The notes under the pieces were generated by a model that was given only the letters and a program-made list of their open reading frames with translations, did not search any database and was not told the DNA's origin. Made by a program: the position numbers and the translations under genes. Below are positions 48,445 through 58,498 of a stretch of 64,000 nt of DNA, piece by piece (position 1 is the first letter of the stretch; each line of letters begins with the position of its first letter). This DNA is from Vulcanimicrobiota bacterium (GTDB lineage: Bacteria; Vulcanimicrobiota; Vulcanimicrobiia; Vulcanimicrobiales; Vulcanimicrobiaceae): positions 480,001 through 544,000 of the forward strand of contig CAWCIZ010000003.1 of the NCBI GenBank assembly GCA_963795855.1. Reading direction: 5' to 3'.

Positions 48445-49799
48445 AACTGGCGCTCGAACGCGCCGCGGGCGCAACGGGGGCGCAAGTGCTGCGCGCACAG
48501 GATTTTCCGCCGGAACTGCGGGTCGTTACGGACACGCGTCAGTTGCAGCAAGGCGATACGTTTCTCGCGCTGCGCGGCGAGCGATTCGACGGCCATGCGT
48601 TTCTGAAGGACGCGCTGCTGGGCGGCGCGGCGGCTCTGGTCGTCGACGACGCTGCCGCAGTGCCGCACGATGCGCCCGCGCTCGTCGTGCGCGACACGAA
48701 GCGCGCGTTCATGGATCTCGCGCGCGCGGCGCGCGAAGCGTACACCGGCCGGGTCGTCGGCATTACCGGAAGTGCCGGAAAGACGACCACGAAACATTTT
48801 TTAGCGCAGCTCTTAGCCGCGTGGTTCGGCGCGGATCGGGTTCTCGCTTCGCCGGCGAACGAGAACAACGAAGTCGGCGTAAGCAAATTGCTGCTCGCGT
48901 GTTCCCCCGAACACGAGGTGCTCGTCATCGAGATGGGCGCGCGGCATGAAGGCGAGATTGCCGAACTCGTACAGGTGGCGATGCCGCACGTCGGCGTGCT
49001 GACGAACATCGGCGAAGCGCATTTAGAGATTTTCGGTTCGCGGGAACGGCTCGCGCGAACGAAGTGGGGCCTGTTTTCGCAAGGCGCGCAAGCGGTGCTC
49101 AATGCCGAAGATTCGGAATCCGCTTTACGCGCGCCGGCGTTGGAGTCGGCGCCGTTTTGGTTCGGAACCGGCGAACCGCGCCTGCCCGGCGTGTGGATCG
49201 TGGACGCCGCGACGCTCGCGATAACGAACGGCGATACGCAGCGCGTGAGCATCGACGTGCGGTTGCCGGGACGGCACAATTACCGCAACCTTGCTGCGGC
49301 GTGTGCCGCAGCGCTGCTGTTAGGCGTATCGCCGGAACGGGTCGCGCAAACGATCCCGGCACTCACGTTGCCCGCGGGACGCTATCAGAAGATCGCCGTC
49401 GACGGAAAGCCGCTCTTCATTTACGATGCCTACAACGCAAACGTAAGCGGCATGTCGGCCGCGCTCGACGCGTTTGCATGCGAGCGTGCGTCCCGGCGCA
49501 TTGCCGTACTTGCAAGCATGGCCGAGCTCGGAAACGATGCGGCCGCCATGCACGAACGCGTCGGCGCGCACGCGGCCAAAAGCGGTATCGATGTGCTGCT
49601 CGTCGGCGGCGACTTCGCGCAGTGCATGGCGCAGGGCGCAATGGCGGGCGGTTTACCGCGCAATCGTATCGTGCCGTTTGCCGATAACCGGTATGCGGCG
49701 GATTGGCTGCGCGAAAACGCGCGTCCGGACGATGCGGTCTTGTTCAAGGGTTCCCGAAAATATCAAATGGAGGAAATCATCGAGGACTTGCTCGCGTGA
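48441..49799 (+). CDS. murF: UDP-MurNAc-tripeptide:D-Ala-D-Ala ligase
   Basis: GITGSAGKTTTK, NENNEVG, EMGARH, DAYNAN, KGSR. Confidence 0.95.
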   Translation: MKLALERAAGATGAQVLRAQDFPPELRVVTDTRQLQQGDTFLALRGERFDGHAFLKDALLGGAAALVVDDAAAVPHDAPALVVRDTKRAFMDLARAAREAYTGRVVGITGSAGKTTTKHFLAQLLAAWFGADRVLASPANENNEVGVSKLLLACSPEHEVLVIEMGARHEGEIAELVQVAMPHVGVLTNIGEAHLEIFGSRERLARTKWGLFSQGAQAVLNAEDSESALRAPALESAPFWFGTGEPRLPGVWIVDAATLAITNGDTQRVSIDVRLPGRHNYRNLAAACAAALLLGVSPERVAQTIPALTLPAGRYQKIAVDGKPLFIYDAYNANVSGMSAALDAFACERASRRIAVLASMAELGNDAAAMHERVGAHAAKSGIDVLLVGGDFAQCMAQGAMAGGLPRNRIVPFADNRYAADWLRENARPDDAVLFKGSRKYQMEEIIEDLLA

Positions 49800-50500
49800 G
49801 GAGCTTGCGCATCGAACGTCCGGAACTGCCGTCCGGCATCGTCGGAATTCCGGTGCGTACGCCGCTCGTGCACCCCGGCGACGATCTGATCGGGCTGATA
49901 CAGCGCGCGGTCGACGGCATCGCGCGGCCCGGCGACGTTTTGGCGATCTCCGAAACCGCCGTCGCGATCGCACAAGGCCAAGCCGTCGGCGCAGAGTACG
50001 TGCGTCCGTCGAAGATCGCGTACGCGCTTTCTCGCCGTGCGGGCGCGTTAGCCACCGTCAGCCAGCCGGAGTCGCTGCAGATCGTGATCGACAAAGTCGG
50101 AAGGTGGAAAGTGTTGTACGCGGCTGCGATGCAGGTGCTCGGGCGCCTCGCCGGCCGCCGCGGCGCGTTCTATGAGATTCTGGGTGAGGCGATTACCGCG
50201 ATAGACGGATACACCGGCACGCTGCCGCCGTTCGAGCGCGCCATAGTCTTTGCGCCCGCGAACCCCGATGCGTTTTCGCAATCGGTTTACGATCGCTGCG
50301 GCATCGCATGTGCGATCGTCGATGCCAATGACTTGGAGAAGGCGAAGGTTCTAGGCGCGTCTTCAGGCGTGAGCCGCGAAAACATAGAGCGCGCGCTCCT
50401 TTCAAACCCCCACGGCAACGGCGACGAACAGACGCCGATCGTCGTGTTGAAGTGGCGAGCCGACGGGCCGAATCCGCTGGTCGCGGAGCCCGGCTCATGA
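49796..50500 (+). CDS. CofE-like (F420-0:gamma-glutamyl ligase family) protein
   Basis: PVRTPLVHPGDDL..PGDVLAISETAVAIAQG, AIDG, AIVDANDL, NPHGNGDEQTPIV; 4-nt overlaps with murF and mraY. Confidence 0.78.
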   Translation: MRSLRIERPELPSGIVGIPVRTPLVHPGDDLIGLIQRAVDGIARPGDVLAISETAVAIAQGQAVGAEYVRPSKIAYALSRRAGALATVSQPESLQIVIDKVGRWKVLYAAAMQVLGRLAGRRGAFYEILGEAITAIDGYTGTLPPFERAIVFAPANPDAFSQSVYDRCGIACAIVDANDLEKAKVLGASSGVSRENIERALLSNPHGNGDEQTPIVVLKWRADGPNPLVAEPGS

Positions 50501-51456
50501 ATTACGGATACGAACTCGCCGTCGTCGCCGCCGGATTCCTGATTGCTGGGCTGTCCGGCGCGGCCATGCTGCCGTTGCTCGCGCGCTTGCAGTTCCGGCA
50601 GCGCGCGTACGAAGACGCTCCACGGTCGCATCAAAAGAAAACCGGAACGCCGACGATGGGCGGCGTAGTTTTCGTCATCGCTCTGCTCCCAATGCTCGCT
50701 TTCGTTCACGATCCCGTCATGGTCGCGACCGTGCTCCTCGTAGCGCTGTGCGCGGCAATCGGTTTTGCGGACGACCTCATCGCCATTCGCCGGGGAAAGA
50801 ACGCCGGCTTACGCGCGCGCACGAAGTATCTCCTTACCGCGCTCGTAACAGTGATCTACCTGTGGTGGATCGTTCGCTCGCCGGCGGTGCCCGTCGACGT
50901 CATCTTTCACATGAGCGGCTACGCACTCGGCGTTCCGCATTGGCTTTGGCTGCTGCTCGGGATTTTCGCCGTAACCGGGACGATTCACGCGGTGAATTTG
51001 ACCGATGGGCTGGACGGCTTGGTCTCCGGCACCATCGTACCGCCGCTGGTCGTGCTCGGCGCTCTCGCGTGGCGAGACGGATCCGCGCCGGCAAATATTG
51101 CGGCGCTTCTCGGCGTCGGCGCGTGCTTCGGCTTTTTGGTGTACAATCGCCACCCGGCGAAATTGTTCATGGGCGACACGGGATCGCTCGCGCTTGGGGC
51201 GCTGCTTTCCGGCGTTGCAATTCTTACCGGCGAGATGCTGCTGCTCGTGCTGATCGGCGGTGTATTCGTCGCGGAAGCGCTTTCGGTAATCATTCAAGTT
51301 ACGTACTTCAAACGCACGGGCGGCAAGCGGATTTTCCGCATGAGCCCGCTGCATCATCATTTCGAACTGTCCGGCTGGCCGGAAACGACCGTTACGACGC
51401 GCTTCTGGCTGGCTTCCGTCATTCTCTCCGGCTTGGGGTTGGCTATCGTCAGATGA
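50497..51456 (+). CDS. mraY: Phospho-N-acetylmuramoyl-pentapeptide transferase
   Basis: KKTGTPTMGG, GFADD, NLTDGLDGL, FMGDTGS, PLHHHFEL. Confidence 0.97.
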   Translation: MNYGYELAVVAAGFLIAGLSGAAMLPLLARLQFRQRAYEDAPRSHQKKTGTPTMGGVVFVIALLPMLAFVHDPVMVATVLLVALCAAIGFADDLIAIRRGKNAGLRARTKYLLTALVTVIYLWWIVRSPAVPVDVIFHMSGYALGVPHWLWLLLGIFAVTGTIHAVNLTDGLDGLVSGTIVPPLVVLGALAWRDGSAPANIAALLGVGACFGFLVYNRHPAKLFMGDTGSLALGALLSGVAILTGEMLLLVLIGGVFVAEALSVIIQVTYFKRTGGKRIFRMSPLHHHFELSGWPETTVTTRFWLASVILSGLGLAIVR

Positions 51457-52859
51457 GCGTGCACATTCCGAACTTTGCGAGCGGTGAAACGATTCTGGTC
51501 ATCGGGCTGGGACGCAGCGGCGTCGCCAGCACGCAGGTCCTGCGCGAGCGCGGCGTGACGGTGTACGCAACCGATGAGAAGCCGCAGACGGATCTTGCAG
51601 AGCCGATCGCGCAAATCGAAGCGCTCGGTGCGTCGTTCGTCGCGGCGGACGCGTTCGATCCGCTCATCGAAAGCTCGACGGGCGCGGTGCTTTCACCCGG
51701 AGTCCCGCTCAACGGCGCGCTGGTGCGCCGCGTACAAGACGCAAACGTGCCGGTGTTCAGCGAAATCGAGGTCGCGTACCGCTTGTGCAAAGCGCCGATC
51801 GTCGCGGTAACGGGAACCAAGGGAAAGTCGACGACCACGTCGCTCATCGGGCACCTTTTCCGTTCGTGCGGCAAGACTGTTCGCGTCGGCGGCAACATCG
51901 GCAACCCGCTGATTCGCGAAGTGCTTGACGCCAAACCGCAGGACTGGGTGATTGCGGAGGTTTCGTCTTTTCAACTCGAATCGATCCGCTCGTTCCGCCC
52001 GCGCGTCTCCGTGATTCTCAACATCTCCGCCGATCATCTGGACCGCTACTACTCGATGGAGGAGTATGCGGAAGCGAAATTTCGCATCTTCGCAAATCAA
52101 AACGAACACGATTACTTCGTCGGAAACCTGGACGACGAGCGTGTGCGCCAACTGCATTGGCATAGCGGCGAAATACGAGTGCACGCGCGGCAATTGTGGT
52201 TCACGCTCGAGCGGCATCACGAGCACGCTTCGATGTTTCTCCGAGGCGATTCGATCGTCTACACGCCGGTGCATGGAGACCCGCGCCCGATCGACGTCTT
52301 GCGCGTGAACGAGATACCGTTGGCGGGCCGCCACAACGTGCAGAACGTTATGGCGGCGCTGTTGGCTGCGCTCGCCGCCGGCCTCGACCCGCAAGCGCTT
52401 CGCGATGCCGTTCATTCCTTTACGGCGATGGCGCACCGTTTGCAGCCGATCGCGGATTCGGGCGGCGTGCTCTTCGTCGATGATTCGAAAGCGACGAATC
52501 CGGGTTCGGTCATTGCGGCGTTGCAAGCGTACGACCGTCCCATCGTGCTCATCGCCGGCGGCAAGTCGAAAAATACCGACTTTACCGAACTGGGTCGCGT
52601 CATTGACGAACGCGTCAAGGCGCTGGTCGTCATCGGCGAAGCGGCCGAGGATCTCGCGGCGCACGTTTCGCGCACGCCTACCGACCGCGCTTCGAGCATG
52701 GGCGACGCGGTGCGCGCGGCTCACGCCCGCTCGCAGCCGGGAGACGTCGTCATTCTTTCACCGGCCTGCGCGTCGTTCGACATGTTTCGTTCGGCCGAAG
52801 ACCGCGGAGAAAAATTTGCCGCCGCCGTCCAAGCGCTTTCGGAGCCCGCCACGTTATGA
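51453..52859 (+). CDS. murD: UDP-MurNAc-L-Ala:D-Glu ligase
   Basis: GLGRSG, VTGTKGKSTT, EVSSFQL, DHLDRY, DSKATN, SPACASFD. Confidence 0.96.
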   Translation: MSVHIPNFASGETILVIGLGRSGVASTQVLRERGVTVYATDEKPQTDLAEPIAQIEALGASFVAADAFDPLIESSTGAVLSPGVPLNGALVRRVQDANVPVFSEIEVAYRLCKAPIVAVTGTKGKSTTTSLIGHLFRSCGKTVRVGGNIGNPLIREVLDAKPQDWVIAEVSSFQLESIRSFRPRVSVILNISADHLDRYYSMEEYAEAKFRIFANQNEHDYFVGNLDDERVRQLHWHSGEIRVHARQLWFTLERHHEHASMFLRGDSIVYTPVHGDPRPIDVLRVNEIPLAGRHNVQNVMAALLAALAAGLDPQALRDAVHSFTAMAHRLQPIADSGGVLFVDDSKATNPGSVIAALQAYDRPIVLIAGGKSKNTDFTELGRVIDERVKALVVIGEAAEDLAAHVSRTPTDRASSMGDAVRAAHARSQPGDVVILSPACASFDMFRSAEDRGEKFAAAVQALSEPATL

Positions 52860-54022
52860 GAGCAAGTCTTGCAGCACCGCGTCAGCCTTCGTCGACCCGC
52901 ACGCAGGAGCGGCGATCGTTCCTTTCAGCGCCGCCGGATACGCTGCTCTTCGCAGCCGTCGCAAGTCTCGTTGCCATCGGGTTGGTGATGATCTTCAGCG
53001 CATCGAGCGCGCAAGCATACGCCGATCATCACGACACCGCGTACTACCTCAAGCATCAGCTCGTCTATTTGATAGTGGGACTCGCGCTGGCCTACGCTGC
53101 GTACCGCATCGACTACCGCAAGCTCAAAGCAGTAGCGCCCTACGCGCTGCTGCTGTGCATCGCCGGTCTCGTTGCCGTGCTCGTTCCGCATCTGGGCGTT
53201 GCTGTGAACGGCGCGCGGCGTTGGATCGGCGCGGGGTTCGTTTCGCTGCAGCCCTCGGAGTTCGCCAAGCTCGGTCTGGTCCTGTATTTAGCCGCGGCCC
53301 TCTCGTCGCGCAGCGAACGAATCACCTCGCTGAGCAAAGGCTTGTTTCCGCTGTGCATTCCGGTCGTCATTATCGCGATGGCGATTTTGATGGAGCCGGA
53401 CATGGGCACGGCGAGCCTCATCGTGTTTACCGCGTTCGCGATGTTTTTCGCGGCGGGCGCTCGAGTCGAACATCTCGCGCTCATTCTCTTCGTTACCGTT
53501 CCGCCCGTGGTATTGACTATTCTCACCAGCCCCTATAAGCGCGCGCGAATCTTCGCGTTCATCGACCCGTGGCGGGACCCGCAGAACACGGGTTTTCACA
53601 TCGTGCAGTCGCTCTTGGCGCTCGGAAGCGGCGGCTTTTTCGGCGTCGGTTTGGGCGAGTCGCGCGCGAAGTTTTTTTATCTGCCCGAGCAGTATACCGA
53701 CTTCATCTTCTCCGTTCTCGGCGAAGAACTCGGCTTGGTGGGAACGCTCGGCGTCATCGTGCTGTTCATCGTGTTCGCGTACCGCGGCATCCGCATCGCG
53801 ATCGCGGCGCCCGATCGCTTCGGCTTTTTCTTGGCCTCCGGCTGCACGGCGATGATTGCTATTCAGGCGTTCGTGAACATCGGCGTGGTTACGTCGTCGT
53901 GGCCCGTCACGGGCGTTCCGCTCCCCTTCATATCATTCGGCGGCAGTTCTCTCATCGTGTCGCTCGTCGCCGTTGCCCTGATCATCAACGTCGGCCGGCA
54001 CCGCAAAGTCACGCTGACGTAA
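52856..54022 (+). CDS. ftsW: SEDS peptidoglycan glycosyltransferase
   Basis: NGARRWI, QPSEFAK, EPDMG, LPEQYTDFIF, PVTGVPLPFISFGGS. Confidence 0.96.
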   Translation: MRASLAAPRQPSSTRTQERRSFLSAPPDTLLFAAVASLVAIGLVMIFSASSAQAYADHHDTAYYLKHQLVYLIVGLALAYAAYRIDYRKLKAVAPYALLLCIAGLVAVLVPHLGVAVNGARRWIGAGFVSLQPSEFAKLGLVLYLAAALSSRSERITSLSKGLFPLCIPVVIIAMAILMEPDMGTASLIVFTAFAMFFAAGARVEHLALILFVTVPPVVLTILTSPYKRARIFAFIDPWRDPQNTGFHIVQSLLALGSGGFFGVGLGESRAKFFYLPEQYTDFIFSVLGEELGLVGTLGVIVLFIVFAYRGIRIAIAAPDRFGFFLASGCTAMIAIQAFVNIGVVTSSWPVTGVPLPFISFGGSSLIVSLVAVALIINVGRHRKVTLT

Positions 54023-55060
54023 ATGGAAGTTGCCGGCGGCGTGACGGCCGACCTCGTGCGATTGGGAAGCTTTTGCACGCGCATGGGCTCGCCGTTCTTC
54101 GCGGCGATTCTTCGGCATGCGGCGGGTGCGTATGAGGACGATTCCGTCGTGCGCGCGCTACTCGACCGGCACGCCGGCCGATCCCGGCTGGGCTTGCGTT
54201 TGGGAGGTGCGGCGCACTACCGCGCGCTGCGCGGCGAAGCGCCGGCAATCGCCGCGCACTATCCGTCGACGAACGGCGATGGCGATGCGGACGCGGCGTG
54301 GGACGCGATCGTTCTCGATATTCGTGCAAACGTCGCGCGATACGACGAGCTGTTCGCACGTAACGTGCAGACGAACGAAGTGGCGCGCTCCACGCCGATC
54401 GTGGCGGCGTTGCTGGCGATCGCGGACGCTGCGCGGTTGCCGCTGCGAATTTTCGAGATCGGTTCGAGCGCCGGGCTCGTACTGAACTTCGATCGCTATT
54501 TCTACAGCGGTCCCGGGTGGAGCTGGGGTGCCGAGGGCTCGCAGCTGCATCTGCACAACGCGACGAAGTCCGGCACGCCGGGCCATCTCGATGCACCGCT
54601 CCAGGTCGCAGAGCGGCGCGGTTGTGATTTGCATCCGCTGAACGCGGCGGATGCCGGCGACGCCGATACGCTTCTGGGATTCATTTGGCCCGATCAGCGG
54701 GAACGTTTCGACCGGCTTCGCGCCGCCCTTTCGATCGCGCGGTCCTATCCTCCGGCGATTGCGCAGGCCGACGGAATCGCCTGGGCGCGTTCGAGCGCGC
54801 AGCCGCGCGCCGGCGCGCTTACCGTGCTGCTGAACACCGTCGTGACCGAGCATATGAATGCGGACGTGCTTGAACGCTTACATGGCGCCATCGCCGAGAT
54901 TGGCGCGCAAGCTACGGCCGCGGCGCCGTTTGCATGGGTGCGGATGGAGCTCGCCGAACGCGCATACGAAACGCGTTTTACGCTGTGGCCCGGCGAGAAG
55001 TGCGAGTCGATCGCAAAGTCCGACGGGCATGCGCAAAACCTGGAGTGGAGCGGCGCGTGA
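54023..55060 (+). CDS. DUF2332 family protein
   Basis: VQTNEVARS, FEIGSSAGL, RRGCDLHPL, FIWPDQRERFDRL. Confidence 0.82.
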   Translation: MEVAGGVTADLVRLGSFCTRMGSPFFAAILRHAAGAYEDDSVVRALLDRHAGRSRLGLRLGGAAHYRALRGEAPAIAAHYPSTNGDGDADAAWDAIVLDIRANVARYDELFARNVQTNEVARSTPIVAALLAIADAARLPLRIFEIGSSAGLVLNFDRYFYSGPGWSWGAEGSQLHLHNATKSGTPGHLDAPLQVAERRGCDLHPLNAADAGDADTLLGFIWPDQRERFDRLRAALSIARSYPPAIAQADGIAWARSSAQPRAGALTVLLNTVVTEHMNADVLERLHGAIAEIGAQATAAAPFAWVRMELAERAYETRFTLWPGEKCESIAKSDGHAQNLEWSGA

Positions 55061-56175
55061 ACGTCGTGTTCACCGGCGGGGGAACCGGCGGCCATTTGTA
55101 TCCCGCGATTGCGCTTGCCGATGCGCTGCGCGGACGGGCCGCGATTCGCTTCATCGGAACCGCCGATCGCTTGGAATCTAAAATCGTTCCCGAAGCGGGC
55201 TACGATCTCGTCACGATTGCAAGCGGGCCGTTGCGCCGCAGCATTTCGCCGGCCGCACTGCAGACGGCCGGCGTGAACGCGGTCGGTATCGTGCAGGCGC
55301 TCGGAGCGCTGCGCGCATTCGCGCCGGATGCGGTCGTGGCGACGGGCGGATACGTCTGCTTTCCCGTAGTCGCGGCAGCGCGCATTCTGCGCGCGATCGG
55401 GCAGTCGCACGCGCGGCTTGCGCTGCTCGAGCTCAACGCGCAGCCGGGTCTGACGAACCGCTTGCTCGCGCCGATCGTCGACGAAGTCTGGGGTGCGTTC
55501 GCGGACGCCGATCCGCGTTTTGCGGGAAAATACGTGCATACCGGAATTCCCGTGCGAGAATCGCTTTTTCATCCGAACAACCGCATCGAGGCGGCGCGCC
55601 GGCTTGGCCTCGACCCGAACCGCAATACGATTCTCGCACTCGGCGGCAGTCAAGGCGCGCGTTCGATTAACGAAGCGATCGCGGCGCTCGTAACGCGACG
55701 GGCGCTTCCGGACGACTGGCAAGTTTTGCACGTTTGCGGAGAGCGCGATTACGAGTACATGCACGCCGAAGAGCGCGAACCGTTCGAGAATAACCGCGTC
55801 GTACTCGTTCCGTACCTGCGCGATATGGCCGACGCATACGCTGTTTGCGATCTCGTCATCGCGCGCGCCGGCGCCTCCACATTGGGAGAATTGGCCGCGC
55901 TGGGGTTGCCCGCGATTCTGGTTCCCTATCCTCACGCATCCGAAGATCATCAGGCAGCCAATGCGCAAGCGTTCGACCGTGCCCGCGCGGCCGTCGTCAT
56001 TCCCGATCGCGACTTGAGCGCGGATGCGCTCTGGTGGACGCTGCGCGACGTGATGCAGCCGGATCGTTTGCAGGCGATGCGCGCGGCGGCTCGCTCGCTG
56101 GCAACGCGCGATCCGCTGGCGACGATACTCGCACGGATTGACGCGTTGACGTCGCGAAAGACGGCCGCAGCATGA
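55057..56175 (+). CDS. murG: Lipid I GlcNAc transferase
   Basis: GGGTGGHLYP, TGGYV, GGSQGA, RAGASTLGE, HQAANA. Confidence 0.96.
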   Translation: MNVVFTGGGTGGHLYPAIALADALRGRAAIRFIGTADRLESKIVPEAGYDLVTIASGPLRRSISPAALQTAGVNAVGIVQALGALRAFAPDAVVATGGYVCFPVVAAARILRAIGQSHARLALLELNAQPGLTNRLLAPIVDEVWGAFADADPRFAGKYVHTGIPVRESLFHPNNRIEAARRLGLDPNRNTILALGGSQGARSINEAIAALVTRRALPDDWQVLHVCGERDYEYMHAEEREPFENNRVVLVPYLRDMADAYAVCDLVIARAGASTLGELAALGLPAILVPYPHASEDHQAANAQAFDRARAAVVIPDRDLSADALWWTLRDVMQPDRLQAMRAAARSLATRDPLATILARIDALTSRKTAAA

Positions 56176-57548
56176 CGTCCCTCGGCACGCTGCATTTCGT
56201 GGGCATCGGCGGCATCGGCATGAGCGCGATCGCTCGCATCTTGCTGGCTCGGGGCGAATCGGTCACCGGTTCCGACGTTTCCGACTCGCCGATACTCGAA
56301 GAACTGCGCGCGCTCGGCGCCACAATCGCGGTCGGACACGACATGAAGAACGTCAACGGCGCGCGAGCGGTGATCGTCAGCTCCGCGATCGGTTCCGGCA
56401 ATCCGGAATACCGGCACGCGCAGGAGCGAGGAATTCCGATAGTACGGCGCGGCGAGATGCTGCGGCGGATCATGGAGGGGCGCAAAGGCATTGCGATTTG
56501 CGGCACGCACGGCAAAACGACGACGACCGCGATGACGGCGACGATTCTTCGCGGCGCGGGCGTCGACGCGAGTTTGGTGCTCGGCGGCATAGACGTGAAC
56601 ACCGGAACGAATGCGCACGACGGCACGGCGCCCTGGTTTTTGACCGAGGCGGACGAATCCGACGGGTCCTTTTCATTGCTCGAGCCGGCCGTCGCCGTAG
56701 TCACGAACGTCGAAAACGATCATCTCTCGTCGGACGCCGAACTGCCGAAGCTCATCGCGTCGTTCGATCAATTCCTGGCGCGTTTGCCGGACGACGGCGT
56801 CGCAATTGTGGGCATCGACAACCCGCAAAGCCGCTCCATCGCCGGATCGCCCCGCCGCGCGCGAACGATCACGTTCGGCATCGCCGAAGACGCGGGCGTT
56901 CACGCCGCGAATATTCGTTTTGCAGCGCTCGGTTCGCGATTCGATGCGATCGTCGACGGCGTCACACTGGGAAGCGTCGAACTGCGCGTGCCCGGCGCCA
57001 TCAACGTCGAGAATGCGCTCGCTGCGATTGCGGTCGGACGCGCGATCGATTTGCCGTTCGTGAAGATCGCCAACGCGCTCGCCGGGTTCCGCGGCGTGCG
57101 GCGCCGCTTCGAAATCCTCGCGAACACGCCGGGGATGATCGTGGTCGACGACTATGCGCATCACCCTACGGCCGTGCGCGCAACCATTGCCGCTGCGCGG
57201 CAGTATCATCGCGGTCCGGTCTACGTGGCGTTTCAGCCGCACCGGTATACGCGCACGGCATATTTGGGCGCGGCGTTCGTCGAAGCACTGCGCGGCGCCG
57301 ACGCGGTCTACCTTGCGCCGGTGTACGCCGCCAGCGAGCCGGAAATCGAAGGCGTCAGCGAACGCACCATCGGCGAACCGCTCGCCGCGTGCGGAACGAG
57401 CGTGCGGTACGTCAAGTACGTGCACGATTTGCGCGAACGTCTACGCAGCGACGCGCCGCCGAACGCTTTGGTGCTCATGCTCGGCGCGGGCAATATCACG
57501 AAGGTCGCCAAAGACCTCGCAAACGACGTCATGCAGCACGCCGAATGA
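56172..57548 (+). CDS. murC: UDP-MurNAc:L-Ala ligase
   Basis: GIGGIGMS, GTHGKTTT, EADESD, DDYAHHP, FQPHRYTRT. Confidence 0.97.
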   Translation: MTSLGTLHFVGIGGIGMSAIARILLARGESVTGSDVSDSPILEELRALGATIAVGHDMKNVNGARAVIVSSAIGSGNPEYRHAQERGIPIVRRGEMLRRIMEGRKGIAICGTHGKTTTTAMTATILRGAGVDASLVLGGIDVNTGTNAHDGTAPWFLTEADESDGSFSLLEPAVAVVTNVENDHLSSDAELPKLIASFDQFLARLPDDGVAIVGIDNPQSRSIAGSPRRARTITFGIAEDAGVHAANIRFAALGSRFDAIVDGVTLGSVELRVPGAINVENALAAIAVGRAIDLPFVKIANALAGFRGVRRRFEILANTPGMIVVDDYAHHPTAVRATIAAARQYHRGPVYVAFQPHRYTRTAYLGAAFVEALRGADAVYLAPVYAASEPEIEGVSERTIGEPLAACGTSVRYVKYVHDLRERLRSDAPPNALVLMLGAGNITKVAKDLANDVMQHAE

Positions 57549-58498
57549 GCGTCGCCGACGAGGCGCTTCACAGCGTTCTGCGGGCCGACGATCGCGCGCG
57601 GCTGCTCGAGATTTGCGGCGAACGGGTACGGTTCGACGAACCGCTCGCGCCGTATACATCGTGGAAGATCGGCGGACCGGCCGACGCGTGGATCGTCGTC
57701 GAAAGCGAAGCGCAGCTCGCAGAAATCATGCAGTTTTGCGGCAAGCGCCACGTGCCGTGGTTCGTACTGGGCAGCGGCAGCAATCTGCTCGTCGGCGACG
57801 GCGGAATACGCGGTTTGGTTTTGCGCCTCTCCGGCGAATTTGCGAACATCGTCGTTACGCACGACGATCGAACGGTGATCGTTCACGCGGGCGCTTCCGC
57901 CGGCATGGCATTGCTCACCGCAAAAGCCGCCTCGGCCGGCGCCGCCGGCATCGCCTCGCTGGCTGGAATCCCGGGAAGCGTCGGCGGTTCGCTGCGCATG
58001 AACGCCGGCACCGATCGCGAGATGGGCGATTTCGTGCGCGAAGTTTGGGTGCAGTCGCCGGCCAAGCCGCAGCCGCATCCGGTAACCGTGCAGTATTACT
58101 ATCGTCACACTTCGCTCGCGCGCGACGCAATCGTCGCTCGCGTAACGCTGAAATTCGAGCTCGGCGATTCGCAACTGATCCGCGAGGAGATGCAGCACCG
58201 GCTCGTGCGGCGCAAGAACACGCAGCCCATCGCGTTGCCCAACGCGGGTTCGTGCTTTCGCAATCCGGAGGGCGACAAGGCGGCACGGCTCATCGAAGCG
58301 GCGGGAGCTAAGGGATGGCGGGAGGGCGGCGCGGAAGTGTCACCGCTGCACGCCAACTTCATCAACAACCTCGGCGGTGCAACCGCCAAGGACGTTGCCA
58401 CGCTGCTGGCGCGCGTTCGCCGCACCGTTCTGGAACGGTTCGGTGTCGAATTGCAGCTCGAAGTGCACCTCGTCGGCGTCTTTATAGATGTAGAATGA
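57545..58498 (+). CDS. murB: UDP-N-acetylenolpyruvylglucosamine reductase
   Basis: [38 protein letters not shown]. Confidence 0.95.
   Translation: MSVADEALHSVLRADDRARLLEICGERVRFDEPLAPYTSWKIGGPADAWIVVESEAQLAEIMQFCGKRHVPWFVLGSGSNLLVGDGGIRGLVLRLSGEFANIVVTHDDRTVIVHAGASAGMALLTAKAASAGAAGIASLAGIPGSVGGSLRMNAGTDREMGDFVREVWVQSPAKPQPHPVTVQYYYRHTSLARDAIVARVTLKFELGDSQLIREEMQHRLVRRKNTQPIALPNAGSCFRNPEGDKAARLIEAAGAKGWREGGAEVSPLHANFINNLGGATAKDVATLLARVRRTVLERFGVELQLEVHLVGVFIDVE

Noticed and set aside
49796..50500. Evidence of F420 biosynthesis
   Set aside because: No cofC/D/G/H or fbi genes are in the window and the context is peptidoglycan synthesis; family membership alone is insufficient.
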